DNA from: an uncultured Candidatus Saccharibacteria bacterium
GTDB taxonomy: Bacteria > Patescibacteriota > Minisyncoccia > Phycocordibacterales > UBA9973
Direction of reading: 5' to 3'
Length of the DNA: 64,000 nucleotides
NCBI GenBank assembly: GCA_964591445.1
Contig: CAZQAW010000001.1
Coordinates: 14,625-78,624, forward strand
Shown: piece after piece, positions 17,529-26,688 of the stretch
Position numbering within the stretch: position 1 is the first letter of the stretch
Layout: every line of letters begins with the position of its first letter
Made by a program: the position numbers and the translations under genes
Notes under the pieces: generated by a model
What the model saw: the letters and a program-made list of their open reading frames with translations, nothing else
Database searches by the model: none
What the model was told of the DNA's origin: nothing

Positions 17529-17999
17529 ATGAAAAAGAAAAATCCCCTTCCTACCTCCACCAGACCCGAACCTTTTGTATTTGACGAATGCGGGTGGTCT
17601 ACCTACGCAGTATTTATCCTCTGTATTATATTTTATATAATACTAGGCACCATCCTCCCTACCAATACCTACGCACAAGTAAGTACTGAAATAAAAAAAC
17701 CAACTCTGGAAGAATTGCGTACAAAGTGTACTGGTGAACTTCAAAGAGAATATTTTATCACTACCCCATTTGTTTTATACATATATGCATGCAATGATAC
17801 AGGTCATGTATATTACTTCCAGAACAATACATGGACGCCTCCAACTTTGGCAGACGATTTTATGATCGATCCTGATATAGCCATGTATAAAACAGAAGCT
17901 AATGAGATGCGAATAAGGCTTCAGCAGAAGAAGGACAAAAAAATAAGATGGTTAAACATATACAAAAAATCAGGAAGTATTTTTCGAAATGTCCTATAA
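17529..17999 (+). CDS. Hypothetical membrane-anchored protein (AT-rich).
   Basis: 156 aa with an N-terminal TM (YAVFILCIIFYIILGTILP). Confidence 0.45.
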   Translation: MKKKNPLPTSTRPEPFVFDECGWSTYAVFILCIIFYIILGTILPTNTYAQVSTEIKKPTLEELRTKCTGELQREYFITTPFVLYIYACNDTGHVYYFQNNTWTPPTLADDFMIDPDIAMYKTEANEMRIRLQQKKDKKIRWLNIYKKSGSIFRNVL

Positions 18000-18071
18000 A
18001 GACAAAAACAAAAAAAGTGCAGATATACATCTGCGCTTTTTTATTTTTATGTATTTGTATATACTTTACCT

Positions 18072-18659
18072 ATGACAAAGCAGGAACAGCTTGCCGAACT
18101 GCATAAAAAATGGCTTGCTGAATGCACTTGTGAATTGCGCCACACTGCGACACAGGGTGTGCCGGGCGATGGAAATGCGAATTCAGATATTGTGTTCATC
18201 GGCGAAGCACCGGGCAAAGATGAAGATATCCAAGGCCGGCCTTTTGTTGGCAGAGCTGGGCAATTCTTGAACGAAATGCTTGCGAGCATCAATATGAAGC
18301 GCGAGGATATTTATATTACAAACATCGTCAAATATCGCCCGCCGAACAATCGCGACCCATTGCCAGATGAAATCGCCGCTTGCAAAGAGTGGTTGCACGA
18401 AGAGCTCGCGCTTATCAAACCAAAGCTCATCATTTTCTTGGGACGGCATTCAATGAATCATTATTTTCCGCTTGAGAAAATTTCGCAGATTCATGGAAAG
18501 CTTATTATCAAAAGTTTTCAGGGCATGGGGCGGCAGCATTTCTTCCCTCTTTATCACCCGGCGGCAGCGCTTTACAATGGCGGCATGCGCGAAACTTTGA
18601 TGGAAGATTTTCTTAAAATACCGAAGGTTCTCCAAAAAATAGAACGTACAGAAAAATAA
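18072..18659 (+). CDS. Uracil-DNA glycosylase, family 4.
   Basis: GEAPG motif (IVFIGEAPGKDED), N-terminal cysteine cluster CTCELRH, and the C-terminal HP...LYN region typical of family-4 UDG. Confidence 0.85.
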   Translation: MTKQEQLAELHKKWLAECTCELRHTATQGVPGDGNANSDIVFIGEAPGKDEDIQGRPFVGRAGQFLNEMLASINMKREDIYITNIVKYRPPNNRDPLPDEIAACKEWLHEELALIKPKLIIFLGRHSMNHYFPLEKISQIHGKLIIKSFQGMGRQHFFPLYHPAAALYNGGMRETLMEDFLKIPKVLQKIERTEK

Positions 18660-18752
18660 AAATACTACTTTAAAAAGCACGACATAAAATCCTGCTGGAT
18701 TTTTGCTCTGCTCGGCTCGACAGCCTGCGCAAGGCTTTTCAAAGTAGTATTT

Positions 18753-19997
18753 TTATTTTTCTTCCAGTATCCCAGACGCGCACGTAATGCAACTTTCGCA
18801 ATTCTTCTCCCCTTCTTTCCATGCGCGCCAGGCTTTACGAAGTGGAAGTATAGACATGAAATAACGAAGATCAATAAGCGTTCGCATCCACCAGCCGACA
18901 AGCCCGGAAAAAGAATGTTTGCCGACGACAATCATCGCCCAGTCGGGGCCAACTGGCATCGCATAGGCAACTTTTTTGGGAACGTACGAAAACTTTTTTG
19001 TAGAATACCGAATACGCGAAGCAATGACTTTTGCGACGAACTTGCCATTGTCGATCGCTGTTTGTGCAAGGCCGGCATACTGTGTCTGCGCGCCGTCACC
19101 GATAACGAAAACATTTTTTTGTCCAACGGCTTCAAGTTCACCTGTCACTTCCACGCGGCCGTTGGGTGCTTTTTTCAACCCTTGCGCGTTCATATAATAG
19201 TGCGAAGCTTTGACGCCCGCAGTCCACACAACGCTGTGTGATGGAATATGCATGTGGTCGGTATAAATGCCGCCCGCATCCGCGCGAAGCATTTTTTCTC
19301 CGGTATGTACATGTACACCCAAGAATTTCAAACGCTCTTCGATTTTTACTGAAACTGTCTCGCTCATCATCGGCACAAGTCTTTCCGCGCCTTCGATAAG
19401 AAGCAAGTTCACATGTTCGCGCGCAACTTCGTGCAGTGTGCAAAGCTTGTCAACATACGAAGAAAGTTCTCCGGCAAGTTCAACACCGGCTGGACCGCCA
19501 CCGACAATCGTCACACGCAAATTGCTTTCCAAATCTTCTTTGCGAGCGAGGCTGTGATCGTGAAATACTTGATGCAGATGATTTTTCAACCGAAGCGCAT
19601 CGTTGATAGACTTGAATGGAAAGGCATGTTCTTCGAGACCGGGAATGCCGAAGTACGCGCTTTCGGACCCGAGCGCAAGCACCAGATAGTCATAATGATA
19701 GCGCGAGCCGCTCACACCGGCGACAACTTTTTGGTCAAAAATAAATGACACCACTTCGTCATGTACGACATACACGTTTGTGTCTTCAAAAATATCGGAA
19801 AGCTGGATGCACACTTCAAGCGGACTTTTGCCGGCAACAGCGCGATAAAGCATAGGATAATATTCAAAATGAGTATTTTTTGAAAGAAGCGTGATGGAAG
19901 TATTTCGAAAATGTTTTTTAGACAAGCGAAGTGCCGCTTCGATACCAGCAAAGCCTCCGCCGACTATGAGTATGCGCGTATGTTCTTTGTGAGACAT
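18753..19997 (-). CDS. ndh: Type II NADH dehydrogenase (NDH-2) / FAD pyridine-nucleotide disulfide oxidoreductase.
   Basis: Two Rossmann motifs: ILIVGGGFAGIEAA (FAD) and VTIVGGGPAGVELAGEL (NADH). 414 aa. Confidence 0.85.
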   Translation of the reverse strand: MSHKEHTRILIVGGGFAGIEAALRLSKKHFRNTSITLLSKNTHFEYYPMLYRAVAGKSPLEVCIQLSDIFEDTNVYVVHDEVVSFIFDQKVVAGVSGSRYHYDYLVLALGSESAYFGIPGLEEHAFPFKSINDALRLKNHLHQVFHDHSLARKEDLESNLRVTIVGGGPAGVELAGELSSYVDKLCTLHEVAREHVNLLLIEGAERLVPMMSETVSVKIEERLKFLGVHVHTGEKMLRADAGGIYTDHMHIPSHSVVWTAGVKASHYYMNAQGLKKAPNGRVEVTGELEAVGQKNVFVIGDGAQTQYAGLAQTAIDNGKFVAKVIASRIRYSTKKFSYVPKKVAYAMPVGPDWAMIVVGKHSFSGLVGWWMRTLIDLRYFMSILPLRKAWRAWKEGEKNCESCITCASGILEEK

Positions 19998-19998
19998 G

Positions 19999-21432
19999 TC
20001 AGTCCACTATCGCAATGTCGTCCGCATTTTCTGGTTCGCCTCGTTTTCTTCGTCGAATGTACAAAGTGATGCCGATCGAAAGCGCGAGCATGATTGCAAG
20101 TGTAACAATACTTATTGTAGCAGAACTTCCGCGTGTTTCATCACTTTGTGTATCCACAGCTTGCGCGGAAAGTGGGATTGCTGGAGTGATTTCAGTTTTT
20201 TGTTCTTCGGGAATTTCAGTTGGTAATGAAAGCGAAGACGAAGATGGAGCGCGCGAGGATACGCGCGCTGCCGAAGACCGCGCATTGTTAAATGTAAAAG
20301 CAATCGTTCCATCTTTGCCCACAAGCACAAGCGGCAGTGTATGATCAGCACCGGCAAACCCTGTTACCGAAGCTGCCAAAAACAAACTTTTGCCTGGCAA
20401 AATAATACTATTATACGCAAACGCAAACTGCTTGCTGCCAAGAGAAAGTGACCAGCCGGAAAGATCGAACTCTTTCGTGTCTGCATTTTGCAAAGTAATA
20501 TTCCCTGCTTCGTCAAACGAAGTTATGGCAAGCTTGTGGTCTTCAACCGTAAGGATCACTCGATCGCCAGCATCAGAAGTCGTACTTGCAATATACGGAT
20601 TCATAAAATAATCGAGCGTGACCACATAGTCGCCAGACTTTTTATACGTGTGCACCACTTTCTCATTTGTCTCTTTCATCACACTTGCTCCGTCGCCAAA
20701 ATTCCAAGCGAATTTGCCGCGGCGTATCACTTCACCAGAAGGCGCAAGCACTTTTGGCTCAAACACGACTTCGATATTCGTAATAGCAACTTGCTTCACA
20801 ATCATTTCCGCTGTCATTTTCTGCACCGTTTGCTCGACAGGTTTTTTGGTTACGGGTGTTGTTGGCGTCGTAGAACTTCCACCGCTTCCACCATTTGCAT
20901 TGTCGCCACCTGCGTCAACGTCAGAAGTTGTCGCATTAGTCGCACCAGGAGTCGGCGCTGCTATCACCCAGTTCTCGCCATTTTTCTGCAAGCTTTTACC
21001 TGCACCCGCACCACTTGGGTCGGCAACATACGTCACTTGGTTTACGATAGTATTTGTCGCATCTTTCATCGCCAAGGTCTCACCCGGATCGTTGTTGAGC
21101 GAAAAACTTGAGTCAAAAAGTATACCTGAAAAATTGGGCCAGTCGGTTTTAAATTTTGAAATCGTATCCGCAATGATTGCAAACCCACCAGCTGGAATAC
21201 TTGCCGAGCCATCGGGCACGAGCGAGTGGTTCGTATTGCCTTCGAAAAATTTATACGTCGACAAATCAACAGCAGCTGAACTGGTATTCAACACTTCTAT
21301 CCATTCTCGGTCGGTGTCGGTCCCGTCCAAGTCGTACATGATTTCATTGATAATGATTTCCGCGCGCGCAACAAATGGAAGCGCGCATATAAAACCAAAC
21401 GCTATGAGTTTCTTCATAGCGTTAGTATACAA
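19999..21432 (-). CDS. Lamin-tail-domain (LTD) surface protein with a C-terminal membrane anchor.
   Basis: Signal peptide, then IINEIMYDLDGTDTDREWIEVLN (the canonical LTD start). Gly/Thr-rich linker and a C-terminal TM (IVTLAIMLALSIGITLYI) followed by RRRKR. Confidence 0.75.
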   Translation of the reverse strand: MYTNAMKKLIAFGFICALPFVARAEIIINEIMYDLDGTDTDREWIEVLNTSSAAVDLSTYKFFEGNTNHSLVPDGSASIPAGGFAIIADTISKFKTDWPNFSGILFDSSFSLNNDPGETLAMKDATNTIVNQVTYVADPSGAGAGKSLQKNGENWVIAAPTPGATNATTSDVDAGGDNANGGSGGSSTTPTTPVTKKPVEQTVQKMTAEMIVKQVAITNIEVVFEPKVLAPSGEVIRRGKFAWNFGDGASVMKETNEKVVHTYKKSGDYVVTLDYFMNPYIASTTSDAGDRVILTVEDHKLAITSFDEAGNITLQNADTKEFDLSGWSLSLGSKQFAFAYNSIILPGKSLFLAASVTGFAGADHTLPLVLVGKDGTIAFTFNNARSSAARVSSRAPSSSSLSLPTEIPEEQKTEITPAIPLSAQAVDTQSDETRGSSATISIVTLAIMLALSIGITLYIRRRKRGEPENADDIAIVD

Positions 21433-21435
21433 AAC

Positions 21436-23670
21436 CTATTCTAAAATTTTCTTCAAGACGTCTTCTGGAACTTCCTTGATTTTTGTCTCATTTTCGGCTT
21501 TATGCACAGATTCTTCTTCGATCTTCTTTTGTTCTTCTTCTTTTGACGGTTCTGTTTGAAGCGGCACTTCAACTTGTACAGGAGAGGGTTCTTCTTTCTT
21601 TTGCTCAGTTTTTGCAGCCATATACGAAGCTGGAGCGATATTTGGTTTGCCCGCCATCGCTTTTGCAATGACATCTTTCAAAAGCGAGATGCTTTCTCTA
21701 CTGCCGGCTTTTTTGGTGGCGACACGCTCTGGCGGATTGCTTTCTCTTCGCAAGTCTTCAAGTGGCATTTCTTTTTTTTGTTCTTGTATTTCCGGACGAG
21801 GAGTGACGGATTTCACATCTTCCAATTTCGGCTTATGAAAAACTTCTTTTTCTTTTTTTACCAAAATAACTTCCGGCTGTTTTTCAGGAACTTTTTTCGG
21901 AGTTGGTTCAAAATCTGCTGCCGCGGGCAACACATCGGCAAGTGCATCATTTAATGCGGACTTGATTGTATCCGGATCAATCGAAGCTCGCACCGGCCGT
22001 TCGACAGGTTGTGGAATTGGGCGAGGCGCGGGTTGAGGCTGAGCTGGTGTTTGTTGCGTTGGTTGTGGTACTTGCGGTTGCGGCATCGGTTTTGAAGGCA
22101 CTGGCGCAATTTCTCCAGATTTTATCTTTGCCAAATCTTCTTTGCAGTAGACCGGCCGGCCTGGAGTTGGCTCGAACGGCAACCAAATTTCTTTGCCACA
22201 CACGGCACAGTTTGCCTTAAACTTCCCTTCTTTATCTTTTTCGCTTATTTCATCTGGTGGTGGAACTTCTCCGGGCGCAAGCACAACACCGCCTTTGGCA
22301 CTGCTCCATGCATTGATCGTTTCTTCAATCTCTGTTCGCGGCATTGTGTAGAGTTCGCGAGAACGATCGACGATTTGCTGAATACTTACCAAGTTCCCTG
22401 GGAATTTGAGTGGTGGAATAGTGCCGGCAGAAAATGGTCGTGATGTGAATCCATCTACCATGAGTTTCAAATATACATTGTAGTTTGGAAGCGCGACTAA
22501 ATCTTCTGGAGTAATTTCTGGTGCGAATTCTTGTTCCAGGAATTCCGCGTCTTGTGCGCCAACGCGGAAAACGATCATCGTTCCAACGTTGCCGAACACA
22601 GCGTCGCGAACCGCAGTTCCGTTCGCAGTGACAAGCTGGTTGGTATATTGGTGCGCAATGATCAAGTTCAAACGGTATTTTCGCGCTTCAGAAAGAATCG
22701 AAGCAAAAGATTCTGTCACGAAGTTTTGAAATTCGTCCACGTACAAATAAAAGTCTTTTCGTTCTTCTTCGGGCACGCGCACGCGCTCCATCGCCGCAAG
22801 CTGGATTTTGGTAATAAGCATTCCTCCCAAAAGCGCAGAGTTGTCTTCACCGATGCGTCCTTTTGAAACGTTCACCAAGAAAATTTTCCCTGTGTTCATC
22901 ACATCAAACACGTTGATCGTGGACTTTGATTGCCCAACCACGTTTCGCACGATCGCACTTGAAAGAAATTGCCCGACTTTGTTTTGGATCGGGGCGATTG
23001 CTTCGTTTCGAAATTGGTCTCGCCACTGTTCGTATTCGTGCACCCAAAAAGCTTTCACCACAGGGTCTTTCAAATTCCCGATGATTGTTTTTCGATAATC
23101 TTTATCTACAAGTAGTCGCGGAATGCCAAGCAATGTTGTGCCCGGCGTATCAAGCAAAGCAAGAATCGCATTGTTCAAAATGTATTCCATTCGAGCGCTC
23201 CACGCATTGGCCCAAATCTTTGTGAAAATTCCCATCAAACCTGACGCAACCAGATGCTTGTATTGTGGATCTTCGAGTTCGAGCACGTTGAACCCAACAT
23301 GAAAATCCGTATCGGCGGGGTTGAAATAAATGACGTCGTTCAAGCGATGCTCGGGAATTGAAGCGAGAATTCCTTCCACCAGTTCTCCGTGCGGGTCAAC
23401 AACACACACACCTTCGCCATTGTTGATGTTCTGAATGATCATATTGGAAAGCAGAACAGACTTTCCTGTTCCAGATTTTCCAAGCACGTACATATGTTGG
23501 CGGCGGTCGCGGCGCTTAATACCAAAAAGCTGATTGCTTCCGCGGAAATTCGTGCGGCCGAAATATGTAATGTCTCTATTGTGTGGTAGTTCGTTTAAGT
23601 CCATTGCGTTATTCTTGCTATAAGTATAACGTGATTTACCGCGCTTTGCTAGATGTGATCCGTCGTTCAA
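21436..23670 (-). CDS. VirD4/TraG-like type IV secretion coupling-protein family ATPase with a C-terminal zinc-ribbon and a Pro/Gln-rich tail.
   Basis: Walker A at YVLGKSGTGKSVLL and Walker B at LYVDEFQNF. The TraG/TraD-like core gives ...IAHQYTNQL...IVFRVG. There is a CAVCGKE...VYCKED Cys4 module, then PQPQVPQPTQQTPAQPQPAPRP and a K/E-rich acidic tail. Confidence 0.75.
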   Translation of the reverse strand: MNDGSHLAKRGKSRYTYSKNNAMDLNELPHNRDITYFGRTNFRGSNQLFGIKRRDRRQHMYVLGKSGTGKSVLLSNMIIQNINNGEGVCVVDPHGELVEGILASIPEHRLNDVIYFNPADTDFHVGFNVLELEDPQYKHLVASGLMGIFTKIWANAWSARMEYILNNAILALLDTPGTTLLGIPRLLVDKDYRKTIIGNLKDPVVKAFWVHEYEQWRDQFRNEAIAPIQNKVGQFLSSAIVRNVVGQSKSTINVFDVMNTGKIFLVNVSKGRIGEDNSALLGGMLITKIQLAAMERVRVPEEERKDFYLYVDEFQNFVTESFASILSEARKYRLNLIIAHQYTNQLVTANGTAVRDAVFGNVGTMIVFRVGAQDAEFLEQEFAPEITPEDLVALPNYNVYLKLMVDGFTSRPFSAGTIPPLKFPGNLVSIQQIVDRSRELYTMPRTEIEETINAWSSAKGGVVLAPGEVPPPDEISEKDKEGKFKANCAVCGKEIWLPFEPTPGRPVYCKEDLAKIKSGEIAPVPSKPMPQPQVPQPTQQTPAQPQPAPRPIPQPVERPVRASIDPDTIKSALNDALADVLPAAADFEPTPKKVPEKQPEVILVKKEKEVFHKPKLEDVKSVTPRPEIQEQKKEMPLEDLRRESNPPERVATKKAGSRESISLLKDVIAKAMAGKPNIAPASYMAAKTEQKKEEPSPVQVEVPLQTEPSKEEEQKKIEEESVHKAENETKIKEVPEDVLKKILE

Positions 23671-24217
23671 CTATCTGGCTTACAATGATGCCACATGCGA
23701 GCACCATGGCATAGAGCGCGAGCGCTTCCGGATACGTAAAAGGAATTTTGGAAAGCGAGCCCAAGATGAATGCGAGCACCCACGACGACACCGACACCGC
23801 ACCAAAGGCAAATGACCAGCGGCGGATGCGAATGTATTTGTTGCGACCTTTTGTATCGGTAAAACTGATGTGCGGCAATGCCGGATGCACGACGAAATGG
23901 AAGAAAAGGCCGTTCAAAATAAGCACACCAACTATGGACATTTTTGTGAGGAATTTGACAGAGACCGCGTACACTTCCGGATTTGAAAAGAAAAGCGCAG
24001 CGCCCGAAAGTACTATAAAGAGAAGCGCGATCCACACGATTCGCGACAGAGTCGACAACACACCGTTTTCCGTAATGTTCAACTTTTTGTCTTTGATAAA
24101 AATATTGAAAAGCAAATCTGAAACAAGCGCAGCGCCCATGCCAATAACAACGGAAAAAACGTGAAGTATCACGAACAAAGTTTTATATTCGGCACAAAAT
24201 GAAATAAATGATTCCAT
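23636..24217 (-). CDS. Hypothetical 5-TM membrane protein.
   Basis: 193 aa, hydrophobic throughout. Its start overlaps the upstream ATPase stop by about 35 nt. Confidence 0.5.
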   Translation of the reverse strand: MESFISFCAEYKTLFVILHVFSVVIGMGAALVSDLLFNIFIKDKKLNITENGVLSTLSRIVWIALLFIVLSGAALFFSNPEVYAVSVKFLTKMSIVGVLILNGLFFHFVVHPALPHISFTDTKGRNKYIRIRRWSFAFGAVSVSSWVLAFILGSLSKIPFTYPEALALYAMVLACGIIVSQIVERRITSSKAR

Positions 24218-24222
24218 AAAAT

Positions 24223-24732
24223 TTATTCCCCATTATAAGCCTTTTCTAAATCTGCGATGATAATTTTCTTCATCGGCATCATGGCTTGCATTGCGCGGGC
24301 GGATTTTACTGCGTCAGAGCCATTCATCCACTCTCCCATATTCGGAACTATCTGCCACGAAAAGCCGTATTTGTCTTTGCACCAGCCGCATTGGCTTTCT
24401 GCGCCTTCTTTTGTAATCGCATTCCAGAAATAATCGATCTCTTCTTGGTCTTTGCAATTTACAAGAAACGAAACGGATTCATTTGGCTTGAAAAGCGGGC
24501 CGCCATCGAGTGCCATAAATGTTTGGCCGTTCAACATAAAAACTGCAGTCAGAACTTGGCCATCAAACCCAGCCATCGGTCCTTCGGTGATTCCGCTTGG
24601 GTAACGCTTGATGGAAACGATTTTTGATTCGCTGGTTGAGTCAGCAGGATTGCCATTAAAAAGAGAAACATAAAAGTTGACAGCTTCTTCGCAATTGCGA
24701 TCAAACCAAAGAAACGGGGTTATTTTTTGCAT
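24223..24732 (-). CDS. VOC/glyoxalase-superfamily protein (PhnB/3-demethylubiquinone methyltransferase-like fold).
   Basis: ITPFLWFD...AEEAVNFYVSLF...GQVLTAVFMLNGQTFMALDG...GFSWQIVP is the PhnB-like family pattern. Confidence 0.7.
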   Translation of the reverse strand: MQKITPFLWFDRNCEEAVNFYVSLFNGNPADSTSESKIVSIKRYPSGITEGPMAGFDGQVLTAVFMLNGQTFMALDGGPLFKPNESVSFLVNCKDQEEIDYFWNAITKEGAESQCGWCKDKYGFSWQIVPNMGEWMNGSDAVKSARAMQAMMPMKKIIIADLEKAYNGE

Positions 24733-24836
24733 AAGTAAATTGTAGCAAAAAAGCATAAATCAGCATTATTGACTTACATTTATAAATATAGTATTATTTT
24801 TAAAAATACATTCACACTCAAAATTTAATAATCATC

Positions 24837-25493
24837 ATGGCAGAAACCACAACACCCACTACTTTCATAAAGGACATTACAGAGGAATTTATTAAAGTCC
24901 ACCGTACACCACTTCCTCTCGCTAACATATTTATTTACACAATTAAGCTGGTGAAATGCTCTGGCATGGGAGCTTCAGCATACATTGTAAAACCAATAGA
25001 TACACTCCTAAAGAACATATCTTCATACGAACATACAAATCAGCGTTTCATTGCGATGCGCTATAACCTTGAGGCTGCACTGCAGAGCCTCATATTGATG
25101 GACAACAAAATTCTTGTAGACATCCTTAATTATTTTGAATCTATAAAGAAAAAAAGTAATCCTTTAGAATTGTTTATGAAAAATCAATTGGGCATTTCTT
25201 CGGGCGCAGATAAAAAGATGGATCGAGCGCTGATACTTTTTATGCTTGATAAGGTGTCTAGGCACCAAGAATATTTTTTATTAGAAAAAAATTCTGAAAC
25301 ATCGCATATGCTACCCTACATTCTAAGAAACTACTACGCGGAACAAAAACAAGGGTACCAAGTAGAAATAAATCACGCTCAATGCTATGGGTTCGTTTAT
25401 CAGGCGAAAAACAACAGGAGCGCGACAAAAGGAACAGTAAGTATAGAACCATCACACATTAAAGTGATGGTAGACTTCAGCCCCACAAGCTGA
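24837..25493 (+). CDS. Hypothetical protein (ORFan) in a 23-30% GC islet.
   Basis: 218 aa. No motif. Compositionally distinct from its neighbours. Confidence 0.45.
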   Translation: MAETTTPTTFIKDITEEFIKVHRTPLPLANIFIYTIKLVKCSGMGASAYIVKPIDTLLKNISSYEHTNQRFIAMRYNLEAALQSLILMDNKILVDILNYFESIKKKSNPLELFMKNQLGISSGADKKMDRALILFMLDKVSRHQEYFLLEKNSETSHMLPYILRNYYAEQKQGYQVEINHAQCYGFVYQAKNNRSATKGTVSIEPSHIKVMVDFSPTS

Positions 25494-25665
25494 AGTTTTT
25501 TATTTTTAAGAAATCTCCTAGAGTGGACTTGGGATACCATTTTTGGAACCGATTTGCAACGGAATGTGATTATTTAATGATGATTATGCAAGAGTATAAG
25601 GCAGATAAAGTGAAATAAAAAAAGTGCTTTGATTAAAAAGCACTTTGATTAAAAATTGTATAAAC

Positions 25666-26166
25666 CTACCCTCTTTCGTACATATGATAGGCATACGATG
25701 TTGGAATAAATTTGAAAAACATTCCTTCATCTTTTGACACAACATCCAATGCCTTCAATTTTTCTTTAGTTGTAACTTGATTCATTGAAGAAACATTTGT
25801 GTCATTCGTCCTTTTTTCAAGGTCTGCCCTTAGTTCATCTTTGAACTTTCTAATATCTTCAGATTTACTAAGTAAATACAAGGTGCCAAAAGCTCGCATT
25901 TGGCAAACGTTGATTTGGTTATAAGCCCCCAAAAAGTAAGTTTTACAAGGAAAGACAGCAATCTCTGTTTTCTTGTTACGCTCATCTTTTGTGAGATGAA
26001 AAAATATTTCCATAGTTTCCTCATCAGAAATCTTAAAAAAACAGCGAGGTCTCAAATCTCTATTTTCGAATGGATTTGCCCAAAGGTCTTTATTGTTGGA
26101 AACAAAGACTGTTCCTATCAAGGGGAAAAATTTAATTCCTTCCTTTTTCTTTATTCTTTTGTACAT
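25666..26166 (-). CDS. Hypothetical protein (ORFan) in the same low-GC islet.
   Basis: 166 aa, convergent with the 24837 gene. No motif. Confidence 0.45.
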   Translation of the reverse strand: MYKRIKKKEGIKFFPLIGTVFVSNNKDLWANPFENRDLRPRCFFKISDEETMEIFFHLTKDERNKKTEIAVFPCKTYFLGAYNQINVCQMRAFGTLYLLSKSEDIRKFKDELRADLEKRTNDTNVSSMNQVTTKEKLKALDVVSKDEGMFFKFIPTSYAYHMYERG

Positions 26167-26533
26167 ATAGCTAATATTTAAGTTTATTGATTTATAACAT
26201 AAAAGACTATTTATAGCAATGCGTATTTTTACCCCACACTTACAATCACTATTGTTTAGGAGTTTTCCGACATTATAGATGGTTGTTATCTGCCTATTTA
26301 TCAGCGTATTCCTTATTGATTTCGGTGGGATTTTTATTTTATTATCAAATAAATTCTCTAGTGGTCAAAAATATTTTCCTCCTCGACACTCGGAAGATTC
26401 TTCAGTCGTCAGGAATAAATTTCCAGACGACTCTGGAAATTTTCACGACTCCTCCCGGTACGATTTTCTAATCGCCTGTCTCGTCTGTTTTTTTCTGCTG
26501 AAAAAAACATGACTCCGGCTTCCACAAGTATCA

Positions 26534-26562
26534 AAAAATCCCCAGCAGTGGGGATTTTTCTA
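26534..26562 (-). terminator. Rho-independent terminator hairpin (aatcccc-agcagt-ggggatt flanked by A/T runs).
   Basis: Perfect 7-bp stem with a T-run, immediately 3' of the minus-strand tRNA-Ala. Confidence 0.6.
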
Positions 26563-26567
26563 TCTAG

Positions 26568-26640
26568 TGGACCCTACAGGACTCGAACCTGCCACCCCCT
26601 CATTGCAAATGAGGTGCTCTACCAGATGAGCTAAGGGCCC
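26568..26640 (-). tRNA. tRNA-Ala (anticodon TGC).
   Basis: The reverse complement reads GGGCCCTTAGCTCATCTGGTAGAGCACCTCATTTGCAATGAGGGGGTGGCAGGTTCGAGTCCTGTAGGGTCCA. It carries the G3:U70 alanine identity pair, a ttTGCaa anticodon loop and a GGTTCGAGTCC T-arm. No CCA is encoded. Confidence 0.85.
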
Positions 26641-26688
26641 AAAATATTTACCCCACTATTCTATCAAAACTCAAGGAAATTGCAACCA

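Noticed and set aside
20648-21559. 303-aa plus-strand ORF antisense to the LTD protein gene. Also 20488-21111.
   Set aside because: Low-complexity S/T/V-rich antisense translation. The minus-strand frame has the signal peptide, LTD motif and anchor.
26279-26512. 77-aa and 62-aa overlapping ORFs in the non-coding stretch next to tRNA-Ala.
   Set aside because: Overlapping alternative frames, no RBS-like context and no motif. More likely non-coding: the promoter region of the 25666-26166 gene, or an island remnant.
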